From the NCBI GenBank assembly GCA_016934855.1, contig JAFGSA010000025.1, positions 231-64,230 on the forward strand: a stretch of DNA of 64,000 nt, in the 5' to 3' direction. Positions 1 to 9,157 of the stretch are shown here, one piece after another (position 1 is the stretch's first letter; each line of letters opens with the position of its first letter). The DNA comes from Elusimicrobiota bacterium (GTDB lineage: Bacteria > CG03 > SLGR01 > JAFGSA01). A program made the translations under genes and the position numbers. The notes below the pieces were generated by a model. The model ran no database searches. It was not told the origin of the DNA and saw nothing but the letters and a program-made list of their open reading frames with translations.

Positions 1-840
1 TCCGGAAGCTCCGTCATAGTCAGGTGCGTGAAATTTCCAAAGATGACGCCCGCGGACCTGCAGAAAGCCCTTCAGTTCGAAGCCGAGCCGCACATACCTT
101 TCGATATCCAGGAAGTCGATATGGACACGTATATAATCGGCGACGTAGAGGAAGAAGGGCAGACCAAGATGGAAACGGTGCTCGTTGCCAGCAAGAAGGA
201 TACCATCGGCGAGAAAGTCGATATAGTGGAAATGGCGGGACTCAGGCCCGCCATAATTGACGTAGACGCTTTCGCGCTGGAAAACGCGTACGGGCTGATG
301 CATAAGGACCTCGAGAGCAAGATGATGCTCCTCATAAATATAGGGGCCAACACGACCACGATAAGCATTGTTGATAAAGGCGTCTCGAAAGTCGTCCGCG
401 ACCTTTACGCGGCGGGGAGCAACCTCACAAAAGCTATTCAGAACAACATGCAGATCCCCATCGATAAGGCCGAAGAACTCAAGATGAGGTACGGCATAAA
501 AGGCGAAGAAGACGACGTAGGTCCGCAGATCAAGGACATACTTTATCCGACGGTCAAGGAGCTGAATTCCGAGATACAGCGTTCCATAGATTATTTTACC
601 GGCCAGCAGACCGGCAGGGAGATAAACATAGAAAAGATAGTCCTCGCTGGCGGCGGCGCCAAGCTCAAAGGCCTGGGGGAATTCATCAATTCGGAACTCA
701 ATATACCCGTCGAGGTATTCTATCCGCTTGAGAACGCGTCCGTTTCCGCCAAGAACGCCGATATAGACCTTTCGGACCCGGCGCTGGCCGTTGTTACGGG
801 TCTTGCCCTGAGAAAGATCGGCGACCACAAAGCAAAATGA
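1..840 (+). CDS. pilM: Type IV pilus assembly protein PilM (actin-like ATPase fold), 5' end cut by window edge
   Basis: Frame 1 is open from nt 1, with no stop before the listed ATG at 28. Motifs NIGANTTTISIV and LAGGGAKLKGL are typical of the PilM/FtsA fold. It is followed by pilNOPQ, and its stop overlaps the next start (ATGA 837-840). Confidence 0.85.
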   Translation, partial: SGSSVIVRCVKFPKMTPADLQKALQFEAEPHIPFDIQEVDMDTYIIGDVEEEGQTKMETVLVASKKDTIGEKVDIVEMAGLRPAIIDVDAFALENAYGLMHKDLESKMMLLINIGANTTTISIVDKGVSKVVRDLYAAGSNLTKAIQNNMQIPIDKAEELKMRYGIKGEEDDVGPQIKDILYPTVKELNSEIQRSIDYFTGQQTGREINIEKIVLAGGGAKLKGLGEFINSELNIPVEVFYPLENASVSAKNADIDLSDPALAVVTGLALRKIGDHKAK

Positions 841-1487
841 TAAAAATAAACCTTTTACCTAAAGAGATAACCGCGAAGAACCAGGCCAGGAAGAGGAATA
901 TGCTCATAATCGCGGGCATCGCCTGTGTTATCCTTATATTCGCGGGCATATTCGTGATGAAAATCGCGAAAGCTGCCAGGATAAAGGCTCAGATCGCCGG
1001 TGTCGAGAAGGAACTCAAGAAGCTGGAGCCGATAGTCAAGAGGGTCGACGAGATAGAGGCAAAGAAGGCCCAGGTAGACCAGAAGATCGGCGTGATAAAG
1101 AACCTGATGCAGTCGAGGCTATATTACCCGATTTTCATGGAAGACCTTGCCGGGATAATGACTCCCAAGGTATGGCTCGCCGATTTGAAGACTCGCGTGG
1201 AAGACACAGGCGTAATGGTCAGCGTGAATGCGTACGCGAGGGATAACTACGGTGTGGCGGAATTCGTCAACAGCCTTGAGCAGGACAAAAAGTTCGTGGA
1301 AGTCCGTATTTTCGGGGATACTTTCGATTCGAAAAAGCTGACCGGAGTGGAAACGGTCACACTGGAAGGCGAAGAGGTCAGGAAATTCGGGCTCGGGTGC
1401 ATTTATTATCCGTCCGGCGAGATCCCTAAAATAGAAAAGAAACCTCAGGCTAAAAAGAAGAGCACCGGAAAAAAGAGGAGAAGGTAG
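837..1487 (+). CDS. pilN: Type IV pilus inner-membrane alignment protein PilN
   Basis: N-terminal INLLPKE motif, then one TM helix (MLIIAGIACVILIFAGIFVM) and a coiled coil. It sits directly after pilM. The C-terminal tail is lysine-rich. Confidence 0.75.
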   Translation: MIKINLLPKEITAKNQARKRNMLIIAGIACVILIFAGIFVMKIAKAARIKAQIAGVEKELKKLEPIVKRVDEIEAKKAQVDQKIGVIKNLMQSRLYYPIFMEDLAGIMTPKVWLADLKTRVEDTGVMVSVNAYARDNYGVAEFVNSLEQDKKFVEVRIFGDTFDSKKLTGVETVTLEGEEVRKFGLGCIYYPSGEIPKIEKKPQAKKKSTGKKRRR

Positions 1488-1496
1488 GGAGAAATA

Positions 1497-2066
1497 ATGG
1501 CGGAAAAGAAGAAAACTCAGATAACGCAGCAGCAGAAGATAGTCCTGGGGATACTGGGCGCAGTGGGGCTTTTCATGCTCTATTCCAAGGTATACGCTCC
1601 CCTGGGAGGAAAGATAAAAGCCGCGGAGGACGAGCTTAGCGCCAAACAGGCTAAACTCGCGGATATGCGCAAGAAAGCCAACAGGCTGGATAAGCTCGAG
1701 AAGGAATACAGGGATCTCGAGGATCTTCTGAAAGAGATTGAAAAGAGGCTTCCCAAAGACAACGAGGTGCCCGCTCTTATAAAGACGATAACCGATACGG
1801 CGCAGAAATACAACATGGAGGTCCGTACTTTCAAGGAGTCGGCTGCCAGCGAAAAGAGTCTTATAAAATCGGATAAATTCTATGAGCCTTACCCGTATGA
1901 TATGGAATTCACGGCCGATTACCACACCCTGGGGGCTTTTTTCACGGAGATCGCAAGGCTCGAGAGGATATTTAATATCGGTAAGATGGATATGGTCCCT
2001 GTGAAAAACAGCGAAAAAGACGTGCAGGTCAAGTTTACGCTGGTTACATATACTTTCAAGGAGTAA
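1497..2066 (+). CDS. pilO: Type IV pilus alignment protein PilO
   Basis: Single N-terminal TM helix, a long coiled coil (KIKAAEDELSAKQAKLADMRKK...) and a C-terminal globular part. It lies between pilN and pilP/Q. A GGAG-type RBS lies upstream. Confidence 0.7.
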   Translation: MAEKKKTQITQQQKIVLGILGAVGLFMLYSKVYAPLGGKIKAAEDELSAKQAKLADMRKKANRLDKLEKEYRDLEDLLKEIEKRLPKDNEVPALIKTITDTAQKYNMEVRTFKESAASEKSLIKSDKFYEPYPYDMEFTADYHTLGAFFTEIARLERIFNIGKMDMVPVKNSEKDVQVKFTLVTYTFKE

Positions 2067-2067
2067 A

Positions 2068-2553
2068 ATGGCAGATCCGAGAAAATTTTCGATACTTCTG
2101 GCGGGCGTGATCGTCCTTCTGGGATCGGGGATATGCAGGTCGGAGGAAAAGGATGCCGGCAAAAATACCCGGTCCGGCGAAGCTGCCGCAAAAGAAAATA
2201 AACTCCAGGTACTGGAGATGCCGGATTATAAGTACACGGGCGCAAAGTACAAGTCGCCTTTCATACCCAAGAGAAAAGGGGCCTCTTCCACTGTCGCCAT
2301 ATCCGGCTCGAATAAGCCCATACAGATATCCGATGTGGATACCGATATACTGAAAGTCACCGGGTATTTCTCGGATTCGGAGGGCGCGTATGCGATACTT
2401 TCCGGGGGAGAAGTCTTTTATATAGCAAAGAAAGGGCGGCTGTATACCGAAGACGATGTGGCTGTAGTCGGGGCGGCGGCCGTGATAAAGAAAGACAAAG
2501 TACTTCTTATCAGCGAAGATAATACTATTTACGAATACTCTATACCCAAGTAA
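2068..2553 (+). CDS. PilP-like periplasmic pilus assembly protein (signal peptide, beta-rich C-terminus)
   Basis: Signal-peptide-like N-terminus (FSILLAGVIVLLGSGIC) and a C-terminal beta-domain pattern (LKVTGYFSDSEGAYAILSGGEVFYIAKKG). It lies immediately upstream of pilQ. The lipobox is not canonical. Confidence 0.5.
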   Translation: MADPRKFSILLAGVIVLLGSGICRSEEKDAGKNTRSGEAAAKENKLQVLEMPDYKYTGAKYKSPFIPKRKGASSTVAISGSNKPIQISDVDTDILKVTGYFSDSEGAYAILSGGEVFYIAKKGRLYTEDDVAVVGAAAVIKKDKVLLISEDNTIYEYSIPK

Positions 2554-2570
2554 GCAAGAGGAGTGATTTA

Positions 2571-4445
2571 ATGAAAAAAATAATACCGTTGTTAAGTATA
2601 ATCGCGATATTCATGTCGGGATACGCAAGTTCCCAGGAGAAGACGCATCCGTGGGAGGAGCTGATAAACGTTAAAGTGGCCGGGAAAACCGATACCTCCG
2701 TGAGGGCGGTCATAGAGACGACCGGCAAGGTGAAATTCCATGTTTTCAGGGTCTCGAATCCGCCGCGGCTGGTGGTGGAGATGGTAGACGTAGTTCATAA
2801 CTGGAGGACCAAGGACCTGGACGTGGGGGGTAATATAATAGATAAGATAAGGTCGGGTCAGTACAAGGACGATCCCGTGAAGATAACCAGGGTTGTAATG
2901 GATATGGCGGTCGATGATTACTATTTTGACGAAGTCACCACCAACAACCAGATCACGCTGGCTATATCGCTTACCGAGGAGGGGATAGAGAAGGCCGGAA
3001 AGAAGGAGAAGGAGAAAGAAAAAGAAAAGAAAGAGAGACCCTCCCAGGCCGAGACGGCCAGGGCCCAGGAAAAACCTAAAAAGGCCGCCGGTAACATAGA
3101 GCCGAACGTGGAAACCGCTGAACACAGGCAGGAAGTAGATAAAGTGCTTACCGAGAAGCAGAAAAGAGAGGAAGAGAGGAAGAAAAGGCTGCAGGGTATC
3201 GCGTCTGGAGAGACCGGGCCCGCGGGCGCAAAAGCGGCGCCGAGGATGGCCACCCAGCTTTTCAGCGACGAGCTCGTGACTTTTAATTTCAAAGAGGCCG
3301 ATATCCTCGAAGTCCTGAGGACCTTCGCCATAAAAATAAACAAGAACATAGTCCCCTCGGAAGCGGTCAAGGGAGAAGTGACCCTGCGCCTGAACAACGT
3401 GCCGTTCAACGAGGCGTTCCAGATGGTGCTGGACAGGCTGGACCTTGTCGCTATACTCAGGAGCGAGAATGTCATAGAGATAATGAAGCGTTCCGAGATG
3501 CCTACAGAAAGGGAGACGTTCCACCTTATAAACAGGAATGCCAACGAGGTAAAGACTACGCTGAACAACCTGCTGACCGACGACGAGAGCAAGAACACCA
3601 ATATTGCCATTGACGATACATCGAATTCGCTCATAGTGACCGCGACGCCGGAGGTACTGAACAAGGTGGACGTGCTGGTTAAGCAGCTGGATATAAAGTC
3701 CCCTCAGATAAAGATAAAGGCGAGGCTAATAGAAGTGCAGGCAGGAAAAGATTTCTCGCTGGGCGTGTCGTGGTTCAACAGGGTGAGTTTCACTAACCCG
3801 GAAGGCATCCAGTCTATAAGGGCCACCAAGGACGAGGGCAATTTCACCAGGGACAGCGACGATGACAACGTGATCGACGGCGTATCCGTATTTCCGGAGG
3901 GCGGCTGGATGGACATATCCGCGGTGCTTGACAATACACAGCTCTACGGCGTGCTTAACCTTCTTGCTTCGGATTCCCAGTCAAAGACGATATCCGAGCC
4001 GACGATCCTGACGGAGAACAACAGGAGCGCCAAGATACATATAGGTCAGAACCTGCCCGTGAGGACGCTGCAGGTGACGGAGACCGGTACGACCCAGATA
4101 ATAGAGTTCATCCCGGAAGGTGTCGATCTTGCCGTTACGCCCGTGGTCTCCCCCGGCAGCGACCAGATATCGCTTAAAGTCAATATCAGCATATCGGAGT
4201 TCGTGTCGTTCGTGGCTGACAGCCCTGTGACTTCCGAGAGATCCGCTCTCACCGAGGTTACGGTGGAAAGCGGCAAAACCGTCGTGCTGGGCGGACTGAT
4301 GAGAGAGAGGATCACAAAGGATTCCTCGGGCATACCGCTTTTGAAGGATATACCCCTGGTGGGATACCTTTTTAAGAACAAGTCGGATACGAAGAGCAAG
4401 ACCGAACTTTTAATATTCCTGACCCCAGAGATATTAATTGACTGA
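2571..4445 (+). CDS. pilQ: Type IV pilus secretin PilQ with an N-terminal AMIN domain
   Basis: Signal peptide, then an AMIN-like segment (RAVIETTGKVKFHVFRVSNPPRLVVEM...ITRVVMDM) and a KE-rich linker. Secretin N-domains follow (FNFKEADILEVLRTFA...VTLRLNNVPFNEAFQMVL). The C-terminal secretin signature is GGLMRE...SGIPLLKDIPLVGYLFKNK...ELLIFLTPEIL. Confidence 0.9.
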   Translation: MKKIIPLLSIIAIFMSGYASSQEKTHPWEELINVKVAGKTDTSVRAVIETTGKVKFHVFRVSNPPRLVVEMVDVVHNWRTKDLDVGGNIIDKIRSGQYKDDPVKITRVVMDMAVDDYYFDEVTTNNQITLAISLTEEGIEKAGKKEKEKEKEKKERPSQAETARAQEKPKKAAGNIEPNVETAEHRQEVDKVLTEKQKREEERKKRLQGIASGETGPAGAKAAPRMATQLFSDELVTFNFKEADILEVLRTFAIKINKNIVPSEAVKGEVTLRLNNVPFNEAFQMVLDRLDLVAILRSENVIEIMKRSEMPTERETFHLINRNANEVKTTLNNLLTDDESKNTNIAIDDTSNSLIVTATPEVLNKVDVLVKQLDIKSPQIKIKARLIEVQAGKDFSLGVSWFNRVSFTNPEGIQSIRATKDEGNFTRDSDDDNVIDGVSVFPEGGWMDISAVLDNTQLYGVLNLLASDSQSKTISEPTILTENNRSAKIHIGQNLPVRTLQVTETGTTQIIEFIPEGVDLAVTPVVSPGSDQISLKVNISISEFVSFVADSPVTSERSALTEVTVESGKTVVLGGLMRERITKDSSGIPLLKDIPLVGYLFKNKSDTKSKTELLIFLTPEILID

Positions 4446-5037
4446 TAATCTTCCATATAACGGAAATCCCGTAGAAAAAGGCAGAGTACTTCTTTCTGAA
4501 GACAGGCCCGGCGAGGCCCTGAAAATATTGCGCGCCGCAGCCGGAAAGGACCCGGATAACGCCGAGATACGCTTACTGATGGCCAGGACATACCTGAAAC
4601 TCGGAGAAACGGAGGATTCCAGGGCCTGTTATCTGCTGGCGGAGGAGGAACTGCGCAGGAACATAAAGTCAGATCCGCTGAACCTCCGGTACCACGACCT
4701 GCTCATCGAGACAAAAAGGCGGCTGGGGAGCCTTCACGAACTGAGCGCCGAATATAGGAGAAAGCTGGAGAAGGAGAAAAACGGGATCTACGAAAATCTG
4801 TTGAAAAAGATTTCCGCAATAAGTATATTATCAATACCCGCCAGGGAAAAGAGCGCGAGAAGGCGCGGCAGGTTTTCGACGGCTGTAAAATATATAATCA
4901 TGCCGTCGGTAGCCGCAACGGGTTTCGTCGGGCTGATGATGAAGGTCAGGGCGCTGTGGATGCCCGTTTTTACGGTGCTGGCGGCTTATTTTGCGGTAGG
5001 GTCATATATGTATCTATCGAGAGGAAGGCAGAAATGA
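4438..5037 (+). CDS. TPR-repeat protein with two C-terminal TM helices (function unknown)
   Basis: TPR-like helices (GEALKILRAAAGKDPDNAEIRLLMARTYLKLGETEDS) and a hydrophobic C-terminus (IIMPSVAATGFVGLMM...MPVFTVLAAYFAVGSYMYL). The apparent TTG start at 4438 overlaps the pilQ stop by 8 nt. The first ATG would remove the first TPR helix. Confidence 0.5.
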   Translation: MTDNLPYNGNPVEKGRVLLSEDRPGEALKILRAAAGKDPDNAEIRLLMARTYLKLGETEDSRACYLLAEEELRRNIKSDPLNLRYHDLLIETKRRLGSLHELSAEYRRKLEKEKNGIYENLLKKISAISILSIPAREKSARRRGRFSTAVKYIIMPSVAATGFVGLMMKVRALWMPVFTVLAAYFAVGSYMYLSRGRQK

Positions 5038-6167
5038 TAGGACCTCACGGAGGAAGACTGGTAAACCGGGTCGATGAGTCGGGCGCCGGTAAAGTCGGGA
5101 AAACGAAAGCGCTTGATATATCCGATGAAGATTACATGAACCTGGAGAACATCGCGACGGGCGTTTACAGCCCGCTCGAAGGGTTCATGCGCAGGGAAGA
5201 TTACGAGAGCGTCATACATAACGGGCGCCTGGCCGACGGTGCGGCGTGGACCATACCCATCCTGATGCACGTCGACAAAGGTCAGCTGAAGGAGCTGGGA
5301 AAAGGGGAAAAGGTGTATTTCAGGTACCGGGGGGAGATCCTCGGGTCGATGGATATAGAGGACTCATTCGGCATAGATGCCTCGCTCCACGCGCGCAAGA
5401 TATACGGCACGGAAGATGCCGGGCATCCTGGGGTAGACAAGATAAAAAATAAGCCGGGGAATGTCATAGGCGGCGCCGTCAGCCTTTATAAAAGATACCG
5501 TAACCCGGTTTTCGGACAGTACCATCTTATCCCGGAAGAGACACGCCGCGTGTTCGAAGACCGCAAATGGAAGACGGTAGTCGCTTTTCAGACCAGGAAC
5601 GTTCCCCATATCGGTCACGAATATGTCCAGAAAAGCGCGCTTACGCTCATGGACGGCCTGTTCATAAATCCCGTGATGGGCAGGAAGAAAAAGGGGGATT
5701 TCAGGGACGAGGTCATTCTGAGCACCTACAAGATACTCCTCGAAAATTATTATCCCGCCGAGCGCGCTTTCATGAGCGTGCTGACATACGAAATGCATTA
5801 TGCCGGCCCGAAGGAAGCCATATTCCATGCCATAATGCGCCAGAATTTCGGCTGCACGCATTTCATAGTGGGGCGGGATCACGCGGGCGTAGGGAGCTTC
5901 TACGGGCCGTTCGACGCGCACAGGATATTCGATGATTATCCCGAGCTGGGCATAGAGCCGGTTTTCTTTAAATCCTTTTTCAGGTGTAAAAAATGCAACA
6001 GCATCGCCAACGACAAGATATGCTCCCATACCGGGGAAAACATAGTCAATTTCGCCGGGACTTCCATAAGGAGCGCAATAGTCGAAGGCAAACGTCCTTC
6101 CGAAGATGTCATGAGACCCGAAGTCTCGGAAGAGATACTCAGATATGACAACCCCTTCGTGGATTGA
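5034..6167 (+). CDS. sat: Sulfate adenylyltransferase (ATP sulfurylase), single-polypeptide Sat type
   Basis: Motifs QTRNVPHIGHEY and IVGRDHAGVG, plus a PUA-like N-terminus (HGGRLVNR). The ATG at 5034 forms an ATGA overlap with the upstream stop. The listed 4956 start would overlap the upstream gene by 82 nt. Confidence 0.9.
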   Translation: MIGPHGGRLVNRVDESGAGKVGKTKALDISDEDYMNLENIATGVYSPLEGFMRREDYESVIHNGRLADGAAWTIPILMHVDKGQLKELGKGEKVYFRYRGEILGSMDIEDSFGIDASLHARKIYGTEDAGHPGVDKIKNKPGNVIGGAVSLYKRYRNPVFGQYHLIPEETRRVFEDRKWKTVVAFQTRNVPHIGHEYVQKSALTLMDGLFINPVMGRKKKGDFRDEVILSTYKILLENYYPAERAFMSVLTYEMHYAGPKEAIFHAIMRQNFGCTHFIVGRDHAGVGSFYGPFDAHRIFDDYPELGIEPVFFKSFFRCKKCNSIANDKICSHTGENIVNFAGTSIRSAIVEGKRPSEDVMRPEVSEEILRYDNPFVD

Positions 6168-7209
6168 AAAACTGAAAAAGAATTCCTGGATACTGATAAT
6201 ACATCACTGGGACGCCGACGGGATATCCAGCGCGGCCCTGCTTACCCGTTATCTCGAGAAGCACGCCGGAGGCCTGAAGATAGAGTACGTGGTGCCGGAG
6301 ATAGGCACTTATCATCTGCATCCCCTGAAACTCGGAAAAGACGGGAACCTGGATATACCCGACAGAAGATACACCCTGGCTTTTGTCGTGGATTACTCGG
6401 TGCCAGAGGACGATATAGTCAGGCTGCACGAGTTTTTGGGGATCCCCCTGGTCATATACGACCATCACCTGAGAAAACCCGTGAACAAGGAAGACATATA
6501 TTACTATAATCCCGTGTCGTCGGGCGACCCGGGGTTTGACTGGCCTTCCTGCACCTGGGTCCTGAAAAAATATCTGGATCTGAAAATATCCGATTTCGTG
6601 GTCTTCGGCGTGGCGGGTGACTACGAGGAAAGGTTCCTTCCCGAAGGGTTCGAAAAGTTTCCCGAAATAGATGAATACCTGAAAAAGACCGGGATGGATT
6701 ACACTTTTTACGTGATGACTAAAGACCTTATAGACATACATTACAAGGAAAACGACATGGAAAAGCTCAAAAAGCTCGCGCGCATCCTCCTGGACATGGA
6801 AGGCGATCCCAGGAAGATAGCCTCGATGGACGAGTGGGCGCAGAAGCAGTTCCTCCATGACAAGGAAATAAAGGACATGCTCGAGACGGAACCTGCGCAC
6901 AGGGTCGCTGACAAGCTGGAAATATACATAATAAATTCCAGGAGGAATATCATATCGACGCTTACCAGGCGGCTCGCGGCCAGGACCGATGTCAATTACG
7001 TGATGGTGGTCAACATGGGGTTCTTTTCCGACCGGGCGCAGATATATGTCCGCCGATCCAACAGGAGCGACCTTAACACAAAGCAGTTTAAGAAGATCGC
7101 CGGGGAATTCGGCGCGCAGGTCGGCGGAAAAGAAGACGTAGCCGGCATAATAATGGATACTGCGCACGTCGACGGATATATCGAAAGGCTCAGGGAGTAC
7201 TATGGGTAA
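6145..7209 (+). CDS. DHH/DHHA1-family phosphoesterase (NrnA-like; candidate pAp phosphatase or pyrophosphatase)
   Basis: DHH motifs are IIHHWDADGISSA, FVVDYS, VIYDHH and GVAGDY. A DHHA1-like GGKEDVAGI lies near the C-terminus. The gene overlaps the sat 3' end by 23 nt and the next gene by 8 nt. Confidence 0.7.
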   Translation: MTTPSWIEKLKKNSWILIIHHWDADGISSAALLTRYLEKHAGGLKIEYVVPEIGTYHLHPLKLGKDGNLDIPDRRYTLAFVVDYSVPEDDIVRLHEFLGIPLVIYDHHLRKPVNKEDIYYYNPVSSGDPGFDWPSCTWVLKKYLDLKISDFVVFGVAGDYEERFLPEGFEKFPEIDEYLKKTGMDYTFYVMTKDLIDIHYKENDMEKLKKLARILLDMEGDPRKIASMDEWAQKQFLHDKEIKDMLETEPAHRVADKLEIYIINSRRNIISTLTRRLAARTDVNYVMVVNMGFFSDRAQIYVRRSNRSDLNTKQFKKIAGEFGAQVGGKEDVAGIIMDTAHVDGYIERLREYYG

Positions 7210-8590
7210 AAAGATTATCCTTATAGGATGGGACGCGGCGGCGCCGCGGCTCGTTTTTGACAGGTTCAGGGATTCCCTGCCCAATGTCGGGAAGATAATG
7301 AAAGCGGGCCTGTGGGGAAACCTGCGCACAGTTTTCCCGCCTATCACCATCCCGGCATGGAGGTGTATGGTCACCGGGCGGACCCCCGGCGAACTGGGGC
7401 TGTGGGGGTTCAGGCACAGGAAAGGGTATTCGTACGATGATTTTTCCATAACGACGTCCGTAGACCTGGAGCACAACGCCATTTGGGATGCCGCCGGCGC
7501 CCGCGGAAAAAGTTCCATATGTTCGGCTGTCCCTCCCTCGTACCCGCCGTACAGGATAAACGGCAGCATGATATCCTGTTTTATGACACCGGATACCTCC
7601 GGCACCTTTACTTATCCCGCGGATCTGGGAGAGGAGATAAACAGGGCGGCTGGCGGGTACAGCGTCGATGCCGATTTCAGGATAGAAGACAAGGACAGCA
7701 TACGCAAAAATGTCTTCGAGATAACCGGACAGCATTTCAAGGCTTTCGAATACCTGGTCGGGAACAAAAAATGGGATTTTGCGATGCACGTGGAAATAGG
7801 ACTGGACAGGATACAGCATGCGTTCTGGCGTTATTTCGACGAAGGCCACCACCTGTATGAAAAGAACAGCCGGTACGGCGATACCGTACTTGAATATTAC
7901 AAACTGCTCGACGGATGGCTCGGCCGGTTCATGGATCGCGCCGACGAAGAAACGCTCGTCATAGTGGCGTCGGACCACGGCGCAAAGGCCATGAAAGGCG
8001 CGTTCTGCGTAAACCAGTGGCTGGAGGAGACAGGATACCTGAAGTTCAGGCGCAGGCCTGCCAGGGGGCAGAAGGTACAGGAAGCCGACATAGACTGGAA
8101 GAAGACGAAAGCCTGGGGATGGGGCGGTTATTATTCGAGGATATTCTTCAACGTCCAGGGACGCGAGGAGCAGGGGTGCATTAAGCCTTCCCGTCTTGCC
8201 GGCGAGATGGAAAAACTCAAAAAGAAGATAAAGGCTCTCAAGGGCCCTGACGGGGAAGAATGGAAGACGCTGGTCTTCAGGCCGGAAGAACTGTATGAGA
8301 ACCCCGCGGGAGAGAAACCGGACCTGATGGTCTTCTGGGACGATCTCAACTGGAGGTCGGCGGGGACTGTCGGGAATGATTCCGCGTACCTGAGGGAGAA
8401 CGATACGGGTCCGGATGACGGGGTGCATGACTGGGAGGGTATCGTCATGTGCTGGAAAAAGGGATGGGATGGCGGAGCAGAGCTTAAAGGGACCGATATA
8501 CTGGATATATATCCTACGGTGCTTAAATATATGGATGTGGATGCGGGTTACCGGGGCAGAGGAAGGATCATAAAGGAGTTTTTAAGATGA
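7202..8590 (+). CDS. Alkaline-phosphatase-superfamily protein (type I phosphodiesterase/nucleotide pyrophosphatase-like), paralog 1
   Basis: Motifs ILIGWDAAAP, PPITIPAWRCMVTG (Thr nucleophile context), GLDRIQHAFW and VASDHG. No signal peptide or TM helix. It is clearly paralogous to 17390-18742 and more distantly to 26926-28584. Confidence 0.7.
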   Translation: MGKKIILIGWDAAAPRLVFDRFRDSLPNVGKIMKAGLWGNLRTVFPPITIPAWRCMVTGRTPGELGLWGFRHRKGYSYDDFSITTSVDLEHNAIWDAAGARGKSSICSAVPPSYPPYRINGSMISCFMTPDTSGTFTYPADLGEEINRAAGGYSVDADFRIEDKDSIRKNVFEITGQHFKAFEYLVGNKKWDFAMHVEIGLDRIQHAFWRYFDEGHHLYEKNSRYGDTVLEYYKLLDGWLGRFMDRADEETLVIVASDHGAKAMKGAFCVNQWLEETGYLKFRRRPARGQKVQEADIDWKKTKAWGWGGYYSRIFFNVQGREEQGCIKPSRLAGEMEKLKKKIKALKGPDGEEWKTLVFRPEELYENPAGEKPDLMVFWDDLNWRSAGTVGNDSAYLRENDTGPDDGVHDWEGIVMCWKKGWDGGAELKGTDILDIYPTVLKYMDVDAGYRGRGRIIKEFLR

Positions 8591-9126
8591 GCGACAGGTC
8601 AAGCGAGGGTTTTGTATTGTGGTTTACAGGTCTGCCATGTTCGGGAAAGACCACCGTAGCCGATGCGGTTGCGGAAAAACTCAGGGCAAAAGGAAGGAAA
8701 GTGGAGAGGCTGGACGGGGATATAGTCAGGCAGTCACTGACATCTGACCTGGGGTTCTCGAAAGAGGACAGGGACGAGAATATAAAAAGGGTAACATTCG
8801 TTACCAAGCTTTTGTCCAGGAACGGTGTCGCAACGCTGGTGACGTTCATCTCTCCGTATATAAAAAAGAGGGATGCGGCAAGAAGAGAGACCACTAATTT
8901 TATAGAGGTATTCGTGGACTGTCCCCTGGAGGAATGCGAGAAGAGGGACGTGAAAGGGATGTACAGGCTCGCCAGGGAGGGGAAGATAGAGAATTTTACG
9001 GGCATATCGGATCCTTACGAGAAACCGCTTAACCCGGAGATAACCATAAGTACCGGTACGGAAAGCGTTGAAGAAAGCAGCGCGGTGATAATGGGATACC
9101 TGGAAAAAGAAGGTTATATAAGGTAA
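8587..9126 (+). CDS. cysC: Adenylylsulfate (APS) kinase
   Basis: P-loop GLPCSGKTT, plus LDGDIVR, FISPY and FTGISDPYE motifs. ATGA overlap with the upstream gene. Confidence 0.92.
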   Translation: MSDRSSEGFVLWFTGLPCSGKTTVADAVAEKLRAKGRKVERLDGDIVRQSLTSDLGFSKEDRDENIKRVTFVTKLLSRNGVATLVTFISPYIKKRDAARRETTNFIEVFVDCPLEECEKRDVKGMYRLAREGKIENFTGISDPYEKPLNPEITISTGTESVEESSAVIMGYLEKEGYIR

Positions 9127-9157
9127 AGGAAGCATATAAGAGGGGAGTAAACATACC

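Noticed and set aside
2997-3038. 42-nt pure polypurine tract (GGAAAGAAGGAGAAGGAGAAAGAAAAAGAAAAGAAAGAGAGA), which looks like a simple repeat.
   Set aside because: It lies in frame inside pilQ and encodes a KE-rich flexible linker (KKEKEKEKEKKER) between the AMIN and secretin N-domains. There is no sign that it is a separate repeat element or a slippage-prone phase-variation tract, because it is not a uniform unit repeat.
4956-5033. Upstream extension of sat (listed ORF start at 4956).
   Set aside because: It would overlap the preceding TPR/membrane gene by 82 nt. The extra residues (MDARFYGAGGLFCGRVIYVSIERKAE) do not resemble a Sat N-terminus. The ATG at 5034 gives the usual ATGA coupling, and the sequence then starts at MIGPHGGRL.
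5246-5452. Nested + strand ORFs in alternative frames, for example 5246-5452, 5567-5935, 7483-7860, 7915-8184, 40837-41170 and 54413-54727.
   Set aside because: All lie inside longer motif-supported genes. They encode Arg/Gly/Pro-rich low-complexity sequences typical of off-frame translation of AGG/GGA-rich coding DNA.
6139-7605. 488-aa minus-strand ORF, the longest antisense ORF in the track. Similar ones are 7190-8428, 10918-12099, 27046-28416, 1119-2162, 59303-60319, 61021-62007 and 61799-62890.
   Set aside because: Each lies entirely opposite + strand genes that carry strong family motifs (DHH, AlkP, SDR, Tgt, SecD/F). Their translations are low-complexity and rich in R, P, H, Y and F, with no recognisable motifs. 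They are best explained by the sense strand avoiding TTA, CTA and TCA codons, which removes stops from the codon-aligned antisense frame.
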